A DNA stretch of 64,000 bases from Spirochaetia bacterium. GTDB taxonomy: Bacteria; Spirochaetota; Spirochaetia; CADAEX01. Position numbers and translations under genes: made by a program. This document shows positions 1 to 10,564 of the stretch, one piece after another (the first letter of the stretch is position 1; the number at the start of each line of letters is the position of its first letter). The notes below the pieces were generated by a model. That model was not told the origin of the DNA and did no database searches. It saw nothing but the letters and a program-made list of their open reading frames with translations. The DNA is taken from positions 384,001 to 448,000 of the forward strand of contig OY759746.1 of NCBI GenBank assembly GCA_963662795.1, read 5' to 3'.

Positions 1-380
1 GCAGATTATGCTGGAAAATATCAGATTATTCGAGGAAATTCACGATAAATATCAGGATTAAAATAAAAATATTCTTTACTGTAAGTCTCCTGATATTGTA
101 AAGACTGGAAATGGATAAATATTTTCTTGACAAATATTATGCAGAATTTGAAAATGACTATATTACCAACAGGAAAGCGTCATTTGCCTGTGGATTAATT
201 ATACAGGCACGAAGAAACTCCAATCGCCCGCAAATGCGTGGCTTGTTAACTTCATGATTAGTTCGATATCAGGTATTTATCAGGAAGCTATAATTAATTA
301 ACTTATTTATAAATAATAAAAAAATTACTGATTTGTATAATTCACAGACGGAAAATCAGGTATTTTTTGACAGGAACGCC

Positions 381-680
381 ATGAAAAAGCTTTCCTTACA
401 GGAAATCGCCTCAATTGATAATGAAAAATGCCTGATAATAAAAATTTCCATGACTAAAATATTCCTTGCCGTCAATTCACTTTCAAATCCTTTTCAGACA
501 AACTCCGGGGAGCTGAGAACCATAAAAATGTTCAGTAAAAAATATTCATTTACATTAAACGGAACTTTTCAGAAATTCCATGAACTTAACAGGATTCCGG
601 GGTTTTCCATAGCGGAACTGGATATCTCCTATTCCCCGTATCTGGCGAAACTGCTGTCGGCGCATCAGGAAGCGGAATGA
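381..680 (+). CDS. Hypothetical protein (~99 aa)
   Basis: ORF with ATG at 381 preceded by AGGA; convergent with mrfB; no recognisable motif. Confidence 0.45.
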   Translation: MKKLSLQEIASIDNEKCLIIKISMTKIFLAVNSLSNPFQTNSGELRTIKMFSKKYSFTLNGTFQKFHELNRIPGFSIAELDISYSPYLAKLLSAHQEAE

Positions 681-686
681 TAATTT

Positions 687-1856
687 TCAATCCTTCCCGG
701 AAGGAGAACACCCCCTTTTTTCAAGCTTTTTTTCAAGCCTGCCCCGTCTGGTCTCAAGTTCAGGGAGATATGATCTTATCCTTATTCTTTCAAGAGAAAG
801 AATTTCTTCAGTTATGACGAAAGCTTTTGCCGGCTCTTTTTCCCTGTGCTCATAGTGCTTTGCAAGCTCAATGCCGGCAAAAATATTCTGCCCCGCCTCC
901 CACATCCGGCTCCAAACCAGACAGGCAGCGCTGTAGCTGCCGCATCTTTTGTAATAGAGACCAAGTTCTTTGGCAGCCTGCAGGCTTCCCTCGTCAAAAC
1001 CGGCGCAGAGTACATCAACCGCTGCCTCCGGGTGCCTCATCAGCAGCAGACCTGCCAATCCAATCCTGTCGATTTTTTTATAGCGGAGAGGATTCTCATA
1101 TATCTTCTCAAAACACGAGAGCAGACGTGCAAGGCTTATAATGTCTTCAAGATGATGTGCAGCCACCTTTTCGATTGATGAGTAAGCACCGCTTTTTATG
1201 AATTCAAAATAGAGGTCAGGCACCATGAATCCCGGCACATCAAGTGTCCTTGCCTTTCCAAGAATATTTTTTTCAATATCCCCGAGCGTGCAGCTTCCAA
1301 TCACGTTTTTCCACAGCCTCCGGGCAGGATAAAGAAGGTCAAGCTGAAAACCGAATTCCGCCCTGATACCGTTCATCGCATGACGGGTCTTAAGGATATT
1401 GGCGTCAAAACTTTTTCCGTTATATGATACATAGATTTTATCAGGGCTGATGTACCTGCCGGCAGCCTCAAGGAAAGCCGGCTCACCGGGAAAGTCTGTG
1501 AGCATAATCTGGACAGTTTTGAATTTATCCCCCTCGGTAAAACCAAAGCCGATAAGGAAAACAATGTTTCCCGCTCCTCCAGATAGTCCGGTTGTCTCGC
1601 AGTCATAAAAAACAAGACGGGATGATTCCGCCCCGCCTGCTAAAAGAAAGTCGGATATTTTATCATCAAGCGGATTATCATCAAGGCTTACCTTCTCATA
1701 AACCATGCCTGAAATCATTATCCAGCCGTTATCAAGCAGCGCCATTTCCTGGGGAGGCAGCTGTGGAAGCGGATGCGTGTCGAGGCCCCCGGCCGGGACA
1801 GGTCTTTCCCTGTTTTTTATTGAATCCAGTCTTGACCTGAGATCCGAAGGATTCAT
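687..1856 (-). CDS. mrfB: YprB/MrfB-like RNase H-fold (DEDD) exonuclease with helical, TPR-like C-terminus
   Basis: Motifs FYDCETTGL, SYNGKSFD, DLLYPARRLWK, HHLEDI; ATG overlaps the stop of the upstream helicase (ATGA). Confidence 0.85.
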   Translation of the reverse strand: MNPSDLRSRLDSIKNRERPVPAGGLDTHPLPQLPPQEMALLDNGWIMISGMVYEKVSLDDNPLDDKISDFLLAGGAESSRLVFYDCETTGLSGGAGNIVFLIGFGFTEGDKFKTVQIMLTDFPGEPAFLEAAGRYISPDKIYVSYNGKSFDANILKTRHAMNGIRAEFGFQLDLLYPARRLWKNVIGSCTLGDIEKNILGKARTLDVPGFMVPDLYFEFIKSGAYSSIEKVAAHHLEDIISLARLLSCFEKIYENPLRYKKIDRIGLAGLLLMRHPEAAVDVLCAGFDEGSLQAAKELGLYYKRCGSYSAACLVWSRMWEAGQNIFAGIELAKHYEHREKEPAKAFVITEEILSLERIRIRSYLPELETRRGRLEKKLEKRGCSPSGKD

Positions 1857-4141
1857 TTTTCCCCCAGCCACTCTCTGAAAAAGGTGATAATCTGCTCTTT
1901 TTTATTCATCGTTACCGATGCCTCATCATCAGGCCCGATGCAGGAGGGACACCCCCCTTCACACGGGCAGCTGCTGATTCTCTCAAATGCTGCCTTTAAT
2001 ACCTCATCAGTTATCCTCGACAGCCCCTCGGCAAGCCCTGTTCCGCCCGGATAATTGTCGTATATATAGATGCAGGCTTTTCCAAGGTGGGGGTCCTTAA
2101 GGCGCTCCGCAAATCCGATATCGCTCCTGTCGCAGAGCAGAAAGACAGGAGCAACGTTTTTGATCAGGCTACCTATCCTGCCGATTACATGCTCCTTAAG
2201 CTCATCAGGTATTTTTTCAAAAGCCCCCGCGGAAGAGGTATTATCATCAAATATAAAGATAACGCTTCTTGTGTGCATCTCTTCCTCAGGAAGGGATATT
2301 TCACCGAACCCTATATTTTCATGGCTCATATACTTTATTTTTTTGAACTTTGTGACCTGCCTGCGGACAAGGACATCGCCTTCGGCAATCCTTACACCTG
2401 ATTTTAAGGCGGTTCGGTCTTCAGTCAGGAGTTTGATATCGGTTTTAACCACCGCGTCTGTGTAATAGTTTACATCCGACTGCACAACCAGACATTTTTT
2501 GTTTTCAATATCAAGTTTTTTGACTATGTACTGATCGCCCCTGTGGATGTAGACCGCATTGTCAAAAAGCATTTCCTTTGCCGACGGCCTGTCCATCTCG
2601 CCTATTACCGTATTTTTTCCGTCAGTCGTATCGATAATGACTACGTTTTCGCTTGTAGCGCTCCTAAGCGATACAGATTCGGCCGGATATGAGCGGTCTG
2701 CCCAGTAATATTTTCCCCCGGTGCGCCTCAAAACTCCCTCTTCTTCAAGATATGAGAGAAGTTCAGCTGTGCGGCTTCCGAATTCCTCCCCTTCGGCGAA
2801 AGGGAGTTCGAAAGATGCGCATTTAAGGTGGTCGAGCTGGATGTAGATGTTGTCCGGGTCTATCCAGGCGGACTCAGGGTTGCGTCCGAAGAAGTAATCC
2901 GGGTGGGCTATGACATACTGGTCGACCGGAGCGTTTGAGGCGATAAGGACAGAAACGGAGGATGAAGCTCGCCGCCCGGCACGGCCTGCCTGCTGCCAGG
3001 AGGAGGAGATGCTTCCGGGAAAACCTGCCATGATTGAGGCGTCAAGCCCGCCGATATCAATTCCAAGCTCAAGCGCGTTGGTTGAAACTACCCCCTGAAT
3101 CTCCCCGCTGCGGAGGCCTTTTTCTATCTCCCGTCTTTCCCCCGGCAGGTAACCGCCGCGGTATGCTTCGACCCTTATATGGTTATTGTCGTTATAGACG
3201 TTTTTAAGGCGCTGGTTTATATAGCCTGCGATAAGTTCTGTCCTTATTCTGGAGCGGCAGAATACTATAGTCTTTATCCCCCGCAGGAGAAATTTGAGGG
3301 CAAGGTTCTGCGATTCAAGGACTACTCCCCGCCTTATTCCCTGCACCGCGTCTACAAGCGGCGGATTGTAAAGAATAAAATGTTTTTCGCCCGAAGGAGA
3401 GCCGTTTTCACCGACAAGAACGGCATCCGTTTCAATAATTTTTTCCGTATGCTCAAGCGGGTTTCCTATTGTCGCGCTGCAGCAGATAAAGTGAGGATCA
3501 GAACCGTAAAAACGGCAGATTCTCTTAAGCCGTCTTAAAACATTAGTCACATGGGACCCGAATACACCGCGATAAATATGCACCTCATCAATAACAATGA
3601 ATTTAACATTGGATAGGAATTTTATCCATTTGGGATGGTTCGGCATTATCCCGGAATGGAGCATATCGGGGTTTGTTATGATTATTCTCCCGCCGTCCCT
3701 GGCAGAGACCCTAACCGAAGCCGGTGTATCGCCGTCGTAGGTTACTGTCCTTATGGGAAGCTCATCAGAAAGAAGGACCTCATTAAGTTCCGACTGCTGG
3801 TCCTGAGAAAGGGCCTTTGTCGGAAAAAGATAAAGCGCCCTTGCCTCAGGATTCTTGAGAAGATGATCTATTACAGGCAGATTGTAGCACAATGTTTTTC
3901 CCGAAGCCGTAGGTGTTACAACTGCCGTATTTTTCCCCTCACGGACCAGATCAAAGCAGCGCCTCTGATGGATGTAAAGCCGCTTTATCCCCCGCTCTTC
4001 ATATATCCTGCGGATTAAAGGATCAATATCTTCAGGAAAATCAGCATAAATACCTTCCCTGGCTTTTATTGTTTCCCAGTGTGTAATATTTCTTTTAAAA
4101 TCAAAATCCTCTTTCAGTGTTTTAACAAGTTCAACAGACAT
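1853..4141 (-). CDS. mrfA: YprA/MrfA (Hrq1/SftH-like) SF2 DEAH helicase with C-terminal DUF1998 zinc domain
   Basis: TPTASGKT, DEVH, SAT, QQAGRAGR and C-terminal CPCEGGCPSC; paired with yprB. Confidence 0.92.
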   Translation of the reverse strand: MSVELVKTLKEDFDFKRNITHWETIKAREGIYADFPEDIDPLIRRIYEERGIKRLYIHQRRCFDLVREGKNTAVVTPTASGKTLCYNLPVIDHLLKNPEARALYLFPTKALSQDQQSELNEVLLSDELPIRTVTYDGDTPASVRVSARDGGRIIITNPDMLHSGIMPNHPKWIKFLSNVKFIVIDEVHIYRGVFGSHVTNVLRRLKRICRFYGSDPHFICCSATIGNPLEHTEKIIETDAVLVGENGSPSGEKHFILYNPPLVDAVQGIRRGVVLESQNLALKFLLRGIKTIVFCRSRIRTELIAGYINQRLKNVYNDNNHIRVEAYRGGYLPGERREIEKGLRSGEIQGVVSTNALELGIDIGGLDASIMAGFPGSISSSWQQAGRAGRRASSSVSVLIASNAPVDQYVIAHPDYFFGRNPESAWIDPDNIYIQLDHLKCASFELPFAEGEEFGSRTAELLSYLEEEGVLRRTGGKYYWADRSYPAESVSLRSATSENVVIIDTTDGKNTVIGEMDRPSAKEMLFDNAVYIHRGDQYIVKKLDIENKKCLVVQSDVNYYTDAVVKTDIKLLTEDRTALKSGVRIAEGDVLVRRQVTKFKKIKYMSHENIGFGEISLPEEEMHTRSVIFIFDDNTSSAGAFEKIPDELKEHVIGRIGSLIKNVAPVFLLCDRSDIGFAERLKDPHLGKACIYIYDNYPGGTGLAEGLSRITDEVLKAAFERISSCPCEGGCPSCIGPDDEASVTMNKKEQIITFFREWLGEK

Positions 4142-4338
4142 GGTGTAATATTATCATAAAACATTGCGGATGTCCTTACCGGATTTTCTTCTGACGGCAG
4201 CCAGATTAAAAAATGACTATATATGAGTGTATATTTTTATTGCCTGAACTTCATTTTTGTCAGCAGATTAAAAATTAACTATATCAGGAACCATGCCCGC
4301 GGTTTATTATTTAATAAACAGACAAGGAGAAAAGGATA

Positions 4339-5310
4339 ATGAAAATCGGACTTGATACAGAAAGCTGTCACCTGCTTTTTCACAACGGGTTGATTGATAT
4401 CTTCGGGTTTATAAGAAAAGCCGCGGAACTGGGACTGGACGGAGTAATGATAAACATAATAGGCGGAATGGACGGCGATGATGAGAGGTATATCCATCCG
4501 GAATGGGGCTGTCTTGGAGGAGCAGAACCTGAACATCTGGAAAAAGTAAAAAAGGAGCTGAAAAAATACGGGTTATACGCGGAAGTGGCAATGCGCGGAA
4601 TTGACCCGGTCCGTCTCTCTAAAGCTGTTGAAGTAACACATAAAATCGGAGCCGACCTCTTGAGAACATACTGCTGCTACGGGAAATATGACCCTGTGAA
4701 TCTTGAAAAGGCGTCTGAGAATTTCAAAAAAATAGTACCGCTGCTTAAAAAATACCGGATTAAATTCGCGATTGAAAACCATGAAGAAGAAACTTCGGAT
4801 GAAATAATAGATATAATAAAGAAAGTAGACAGCCCCTGGGTCGGGTCCCACTGTGATATCGGGAATTCAATGATGGCCTGGGAAGAACCGTCAAAGGCAC
4901 TTAATAATCTGGCCCCCTATGCCCTTACTTCACATTTCAAGGATCATATCATTATAAAAGACGGGGAAGAATATAAAGTCTGCGGCGTCCCTCTCGGTAA
5001 AGGCAATATCGATATCGATGAGTGCTTTAAAATACTATTTGAGAAATCTACTCTCACAAGGATAAATGTAGAACAGACCTATCCGTTTTTATCGGTATTT
5101 AAAAGGGAAAGAGGGACAGGCGGAGTAACTGAGATAGGGAAAGGTGCGTTCAAGGTGGAAAAACCGGTATTTGATTTTGCGGAGCACAAGCCGGACGAGT
5201 ATTATTATCCGCCGGCAGAACACCTGAAAATGATGATAGAAGAGCAGGAAAAAGGGCTTGCCGAATCTATCAAATACATAAAAAAAATCCGGGACAGGTA
5301 CTGCGGATAG
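4339..5310 (+). CDS. Sugar-phosphate isomerase/epimerase (xylose isomerase-like TIM barrel)
   Basis: IENHE, DIGNS, HFKD, PLGKGNID and NVEQ motifs; RBS AAGGA. Confidence 0.85.
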   Translation: MKIGLDTESCHLLFHNGLIDIFGFIRKAAELGLDGVMINIIGGMDGDDERYIHPEWGCLGGAEPEHLEKVKKELKKYGLYAEVAMRGIDPVRLSKAVEVTHKIGADLLRTYCCYGKYDPVNLEKASENFKKIVPLLKKYRIKFAIENHEEETSDEIIDIIKKVDSPWVGSHCDIGNSMMAWEEPSKALNNLAPYALTSHFKDHIIIKDGEEYKVCGVPLGKGNIDIDECFKILFEKSTLTRINVEQTYPFLSVFKRERGTGGVTEIGKGAFKVEKPVFDFAEHKPDEYYYPPAEHLKMMIEEQEKGLAESIKYIKKIRDRYCG

Positions 5311-5406
5311 ATACTGTATAGATATTTAAGTACTGCTGACAAGTACGGTGCCTAATAATAGAATATTTGCGAAAAATGAGATAATACTATAATTACTTAA
5401 AAAGTA

Positions 5407-6177
5407 TTATCTCCTGATAAGTTTATCTGTATTGCAGAGCAGAATCCCTTTAAGGCTTCCCGGACATACTGTTCCGTTTTTTTCCGTATACCCGGGAAAA
5501 TTGACAAGTTCAACAATTCCTGCGCCTGTAATTTCACCCAGCGGAGAACCGATCGGATTATGGGCATTGTCAATAATAAGAACAGGCTTAAGAGTGCTTA
5601 ATGATGCAAGCTGGCTGACTTCAAGAGGGGCCGGGCCGAAAACCGCGAGGATCTTAAATCCAAGCGCTTCTGCAAGAAGTTTATGATGAAAGTTTACAAT
5701 AACAGGCGCTCCGTATAATCCGCTTTTTTCAAGTTTTGCAACAGATGATGCGAACTCTTCTTTATATTCCCTGATAAATTGTTTTGCCCTGTCCATGGTG
5801 CCTGTTTTTTCCGCAATCGCGGTAACTGACTCCTCTACAACTCCGGGAGCATAGCCTGTATTAATCTTTAACAGCTGATCTGCCGGTTTTGGAAAACTCT
5901 CAAAAACACTCTTCATCATTATCTCGTATCCTGCATATACCAGCAGGTCGGCGTCCCTTATTTTTATTACATCAGACGGTTTAAGTTCATACTCCGGCGG
6001 GTGCGTCATACTGGAAGATGCAATCTGATCTGCTTCAGATCCTGATGCGGAAACAAAAGCGGCTGTCCAGGAATTTGTCGCGATAATTTTTCCGCCTGCC
6101 TCTGCTGATAACAAACCGGCATTCCAGCACAATAATAAAGCTGAAACAGCCAGCACATATTTAAATCTGTTTTTCAT
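5407..6177 (-). CDS. Metal ABC transporter substrate-binding protein (ZnuA/TroA-like, divergent)
   Basis: Signal peptide; HPPEYELKPSD..ADLLVYAGYE motif; operon context. Confidence 0.75.
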   Translation of the reverse strand: MKNRFKYVLAVSALLLCWNAGLLSAEAGGKIIATNSWTAAFVSASGSEADQIASSSMTHPPEYELKPSDVIKIRDADLLVYAGYEIMMKSVFESFPKPADQLLKINTGYAPGVVEESVTAIAEKTGTMDRAKQFIREYKEEFASSVAKLEKSGLYGAPVIVNFHHKLLAEALGFKILAVFGPAPLEVSQLASLSTLKPVLIIDNAHNPIGSPLGEITGAGIVELVNFPGYTEKNGTVCPGSLKGILLCNTDKLIRR

Positions 6178-6980
6178 TTAGAAACCCTCTTTTTAAAAAG
6201 TATTACCATTATAAAAACTGCGACAGCAGGCAATGCGACACCTGCGCTTACAGGGATATCCAGAAACAAAGAAAGAAAAAAGCCTGCGACAGAAAATAGT
6301 CCTCCAAGTATACAGGACAGGATCATGGTCTGCCTTAAACCTGATGAAAAAAATCCGGCAATAATTACCGGGAGAATTATCTGCGCGTCAAGCAGAAGCG
6401 CACCCATAAGCTGCATTGCCGAAGCAACTACAAGCGAGGTGATAAGCATTACGGCAAGTTCAAAAATATTTACCGGAACGCCGAGAGACAGTGCAATATC
6501 CCTGTCATGAAAAATCACTGTCAGATACCTGAAAAAAAGAACAGAGAAAAGGACTGTCCCCCCGCCGATAACAGAAGCGGAGATTATTGAAAATATACTC
6601 CCGGAATAAAGGTTCCCCCATAAAAGAGTCAAAGTATCTTTTGCCGGTACATTAAACCGGCTCACAACAATTGACGCTGCCGCGATGGAGGCTGCCATAA
6701 AAAACATTGTAAGAGCGCCGTAGTCTGCCTTAAGTATTCCTGAACTGCGGTTAAGTAAAACAATAAGCGCTGCATTTGTGAGAAACCCTGTTAGAGGAAG
6801 GTTCCATCCGAATGCAAGGCCAAGAGCACCTCCAAGAAGCACCCCGTGCATTAATAGATATCTTAACGGAAGTATGTTCATCCTCAGGATAAATATTCCG
6901 CTTAATGGAAAGGTAAACCCGGAGACAGCAAGAAGAATCAGCGCCCTGAATACCGGCGGATAGAAGAGCACTTCAATCAA
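6174..6980 (-). CDS. Metal ABC transporter permease (ZnuB/ABC-3 family)
   Basis: Multi-TM protein with MHGVLLG, LLWGNL, DIALSLG and MGALLL; overlapping start/stop codons with both neighbours. Confidence 0.85.
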   Translation of the reverse strand: MIEVLFYPPVFRALILLAVSGFTFPLSGIFILRMNILPLRYLLMHGVLLGGALGLAFGWNLPLTGFLTNAALIVLLNRSSGILKADYGALTMFFMAASIAAASIVVSRFNVPAKDTLTLLWGNLYSGSIFSIISASVIGGGTVLFSVLFFRYLTVIFHDRDIALSLGVPVNIFELAVMLITSLVVASAMQLMGALLLDAQIILPVIIAGFFSSGLRQTMILSCILGGLFSVAGFFLSLFLDIPVSAGVALPAVAVFIMVILFKKRVSK

Positions 6981-8044
6981 AGTCTGCCCTCTTTTAACTT
7001 TCTGACCGGCCAGGAGAGTTTTTCAAGCCATTCGTGATCATGAGAGACGAGAAGTACTGTGAGCATCTGACGGGACAGCACACTGTTAAGAAAATATATC
7101 AGCTCTTTTTTAGCCTCCTGATCCAGAAAGGAGGTCGGCTCATCCATCAATATCAATCCTGCTTCCTGGCAAAGGCATCTTGCAAGCGAAACCCGCTGCC
7201 TTTCGCCGCCGGAAAGTGCATAAAAATTATCATCATAAAGATGAAAACAGCCTGTCCTGCGCATTGCGATTTCAATTTTATGCTTCTTTTCAGATTCAGG
7301 TATTTTCATTCCCAGCATACCCGCGCTGACAATTTCAAATGAGGTAAGAGGGTATGCCGAAGCCTCTATTCCCTGAGTAACATAACCTACAGGGGAAGGA
7401 ATCTTTCGCATTTTTCCGATAGCCTTCCCGCCGATACTTATTTCCCCCTCAAGGACAGGCAGGGACCCGATCAGGGTTTTAAGCAGAGTAGATTTGCCTG
7501 CACCGTTATCACCGGTTATGGCCAGCTTTTCTCCTGATTCCATGGAGAGATTTAAACCGGAGAGGACATTTTTCCCGGGATACCCGGCTTTGAGGTTCCG
7601 GATTTCAAGATCAAGCCCTTTCGCAAGGCCAGAGCGCTGCTTAAGCAGACGGTATATCTGATCCCTTTCCATATCCGGCGTGATAATATCTTCCGTAAGG
7701 CAGTCAATTTTTTCGACAAGTATTGACCAGGAACAGGAAACCCCCTCTTTACTGAAAACATCCAGGGCTCCGGAGCTGACAGTGTCAATAAAGCATTTTT
7801 TAAACCCCATACCTGAAATCAGGCTGGCTGCGGCGCGCCCCGCGACCTTGTCGTGAAGAAAGAGTTCCCACGGGTTCAGCCGACTGCTGTCAAGGAATTC
7901 TTCCAGCTGAAAAAGAGGATACAGCCACTTTCCCTTATCTTCAAATATAATAATATTGTCTTCATATACCCTGAGAGAGATTCCGTCGGACAGGGTATCC
8001 CCTGCGATATCTTCCATATTTCTGTATAACAATTTATCCTGCAT
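6977..8044 (-). CDS. Fusion of an N-terminal DUF1893 (TM1506-like) domain to a ZnuC-like ABC ATPase
   Basis: N-terminal LYPL..HDKVAGRAAA..S.GAL..DCLTE; C-terminal GDNGAGKST, LSGGERQR, LMDEP and SHD. Confidence 0.8.
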   Translation of the reverse strand: MQDKLLYRNMEDIAGDTLSDGISLRVYEDNIIIFEDKGKWLYPLFQLEEFLDSSRLNPWELFLHDKVAGRAAASLISGMGFKKCFIDTVSSGALDVFSKEGVSCSWSILVEKIDCLTEDIITPDMERDQIYRLLKQRSGLAKGLDLEIRNLKAGYPGKNVLSGLNLSMESGEKLAITGDNGAGKSTLLKTLIGSLPVLEGEISIGGKAIGKMRKIPSPVGYVTQGIEASAYPLTSFEIVSAGMLGMKIPESEKKHKIEIAMRRTGCFHLYDDNFYALSGGERQRVSLARCLCQEAGLILMDEPTSFLDQEAKKELIYFLNSVLSRQMLTVLLVSHDHEWLEKLSWPVRKLKEGRL

Positions 8045-8366
8045 TAATATTTAAACGTCCTTATAAGAATTTCATTATCTTTCGTGATGTCCGGCTCCTG
8101 CCGGGAGAGTCCTAATCTTATAAAGAAAAAAGAGCATTTACAACCGCTGATATTTTAAAATTTTAGGATTGATTTACTTACCTGGATAGCTGTAAAGAGC
8201 TGATCTGAGTATTAATAAAAAAATCCTGAAGACCACACATCACAAATAACTTTAACAAAGGAAACATCTGTATGATGCACTACACCATTATTAAAGATGC
8301 AATGTCAATGGATACCCAGATAAATTGTCAATATATACGGTCTCATCTTTTTTTTAAAAAATAAAT

Positions 8367-10373
8367 ATGGTCAATAATTATTTTCAGGTGATAAAATTGT
8401 TAAGAAATAAATCTCTGATATTTAAGTTAATTTCAGGAGCTATTCTCTCCACAATTATTCCCTTTAGAATATCCGGAATACTTATATATTTTCAGCTTTC
8501 AAACTCACTTATGGACCTTTCCCTGGAAAAATTACTGCATAATGCACAGGATTTATCCCAAATCCTTGATGAAAATCTGAATACATATATAAAAATTGCC
8601 TCGACTGTTGCCACATCACCTGAAATAAGTATTGCAGTTAAGGAAAGGAATTTTAATAAAATGCAGGAGGTATTGGATACTATTCAGGTTAAAATTGAAA
8701 AAGATAATAATTTTATATTATTTTTTTAGATGAAAACGGGATTTCCTGTGCTTCAACTGTATTCAAAAGCAAAATCGGATTGGATCTATCAGACAGGGAA
8801 TGTTTCAAATATACAAAAACGCCGGGAAAAGCAATTGTAGCAGGTCCAGTTATATCACGAGGCTGATCTTCAGCGGGTGGTTTATTGATAATTGTTGCAG
8901 CCTCTGTTAAGGATAATGAGGAATTTTATGGAATGAAATATTTGGGAAGACGGGCATATCTTATCTTATTAATTCGTCCTGATGAAGAGTATAACGATTT
9001 AAATCATCATATTTCTGCTTTTTTTAAAACAGGTGAGATTAAGGGAATAAGGAATACTGTTCAAAAACTGTTTAATTTAACAAAGAGGAAAAATATGGGA
9101 AATTCTGAAAAGGGGAGAATACTGGTCGGGAAAAATAATATTATCATTGAAACTTTAATTGTCCCAATCAAGAACAGCAAGGGAAAAATAGAGAATTATC
9201 TTGAAATAGGATATAATATTACAAATAAAGTAATACTTGAAAAAAGACTGCAGCAATCCCAGAAACTTGAAGCACTGGTAACACTTGCAGGAGGTATAGC
9301 TCATGACTTTACCAATATACTGGGAGAAATCCTTGGCCATACAGAGCTGGCAGTTTTAGATATAAAAAGATGTGGCAGTTCCGAGAAATATCTGAAAGAA
9401 GTGCTTAATGGTATTGAAATGGAGCAAACCCTTGTCAGTCAGATACTTACATTCAGCAGAAAGAATGATGTGGAATTAAGACCTGTAAAACCAGAGTATG
9501 TTATCAAGGAAGCGTTAAAACTGCTGCGCCCGGCAATTTCAGCAATAATAGAAATTAAGACAATAATTGACAGTAATCTGACCACTATTGCCAAACCTAA
9601 ACAGATTCATCAGATAATGATGAATCTGTTTAGAAACGCAGTATACGTAATAGGAAATAAAGCTGGGAAAATCAAACTTGGATTAAACGCCTTTTATGCT
9701 GATGAATTATTACAAATACAAGGATTGGTATAGAATCCGGTAATTATGTAAAGATAAGTATATCTGATACTGATAGAAAATATTTTCAATCCGTTTTAAA
9801 CAACAAAACCTGCGGAGGAAGGAACCGGACTTGGATTCTCAGCGGTCCACGGGATTATTAAACAAATGAAAGGGGAAATAACAGTATATAGCGAGGTTGG
9901 GAGGGGAACTGTATTTAATATCCTTCTGCCCGCTGGCTGAAACTGGCAATATGATAAAACGGAATGGAGAGATAACAAAAGGAAGTGGAGGAATAATACT
10001 GGTAGACTGATGAGACTTCAATTTTATCAGTTATGAAAGCTCTTCTCATCAAACTGGGATAAGATGTTGTGAATACACCAACAGCGAAAAAACATTATCC
10101 ATGTTAACAGAAAAATCTGAATTGTATGACCTGATAATAACTGATTACTCCATGCCGAAATCGTCTGGAATGACATTTATAAAAAATATTAAAGAAAAAA
10201 AGATTAATATTCCTGTAATATTGATGTCCGGACATATTGATATGATTACTGAAACAAAGATCAAGGGATATGGTATCAAGGCAATATTAACAAAACCAAT
10301 AAGTATACATGCATTATCTGACACACTGGACAATATTTCCCTGCATAAGAATACCGCTGACGGTGCCCTATGA
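8367..10373 (+). pseudogene. Decayed hybrid sensor histidine kinase (Cache-like, HisKA, HATPase, REC)
   Basis: Fragments in several frames: TM plus Cache-like region, LAGGIAHDF, QIMMNL, GTGLGFS..HGII, DLIITDYSMP..LTKP; multiple stops and frameshifts. Confidence 0.85.
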
Positions 10374-10398
10374 AACCAAATTCAAGGGTATCTTAATG

Positions 10399-10461
10399 CT
10401 CCAACCATAAAATCTTCTCCACATATCCCTGCTGTGGGTGTAGAATGTCTGATAGTTAAAG
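10399..10461. repeat. att-like intergenic repeat, copy 1
   Basis: CTCCAAC..AAAATCTTCTCCACATATCCCTGCTGTGGGTGTAGAAT..GTTAAAG; closely similar to copy 2. Confidence 0.6.
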
Positions 10462-10564
10462 AGAGTACAACAATCAAGGGTTAAAATTGCAATTTTAACA
10501 TTATATTTTCTCATAGATTCTTTACAACATTGGATAGTGCAAGATAGCAAGGATAAAATATACA

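Noticed and set aside
1853-4141. DUF1998 helicase as an anti-phage system (DISARM/Druantia-like)
   Set aside because: Its partner is a YprB exonuclease and no methylase, PLD or other defence genes are adjacent; fits MrfAB repair
8045-8200. Possible riboswitch upstream of the ABC operon
   Set aside because: Only a short CCGG hairpin; no recognisable aptamer consensus
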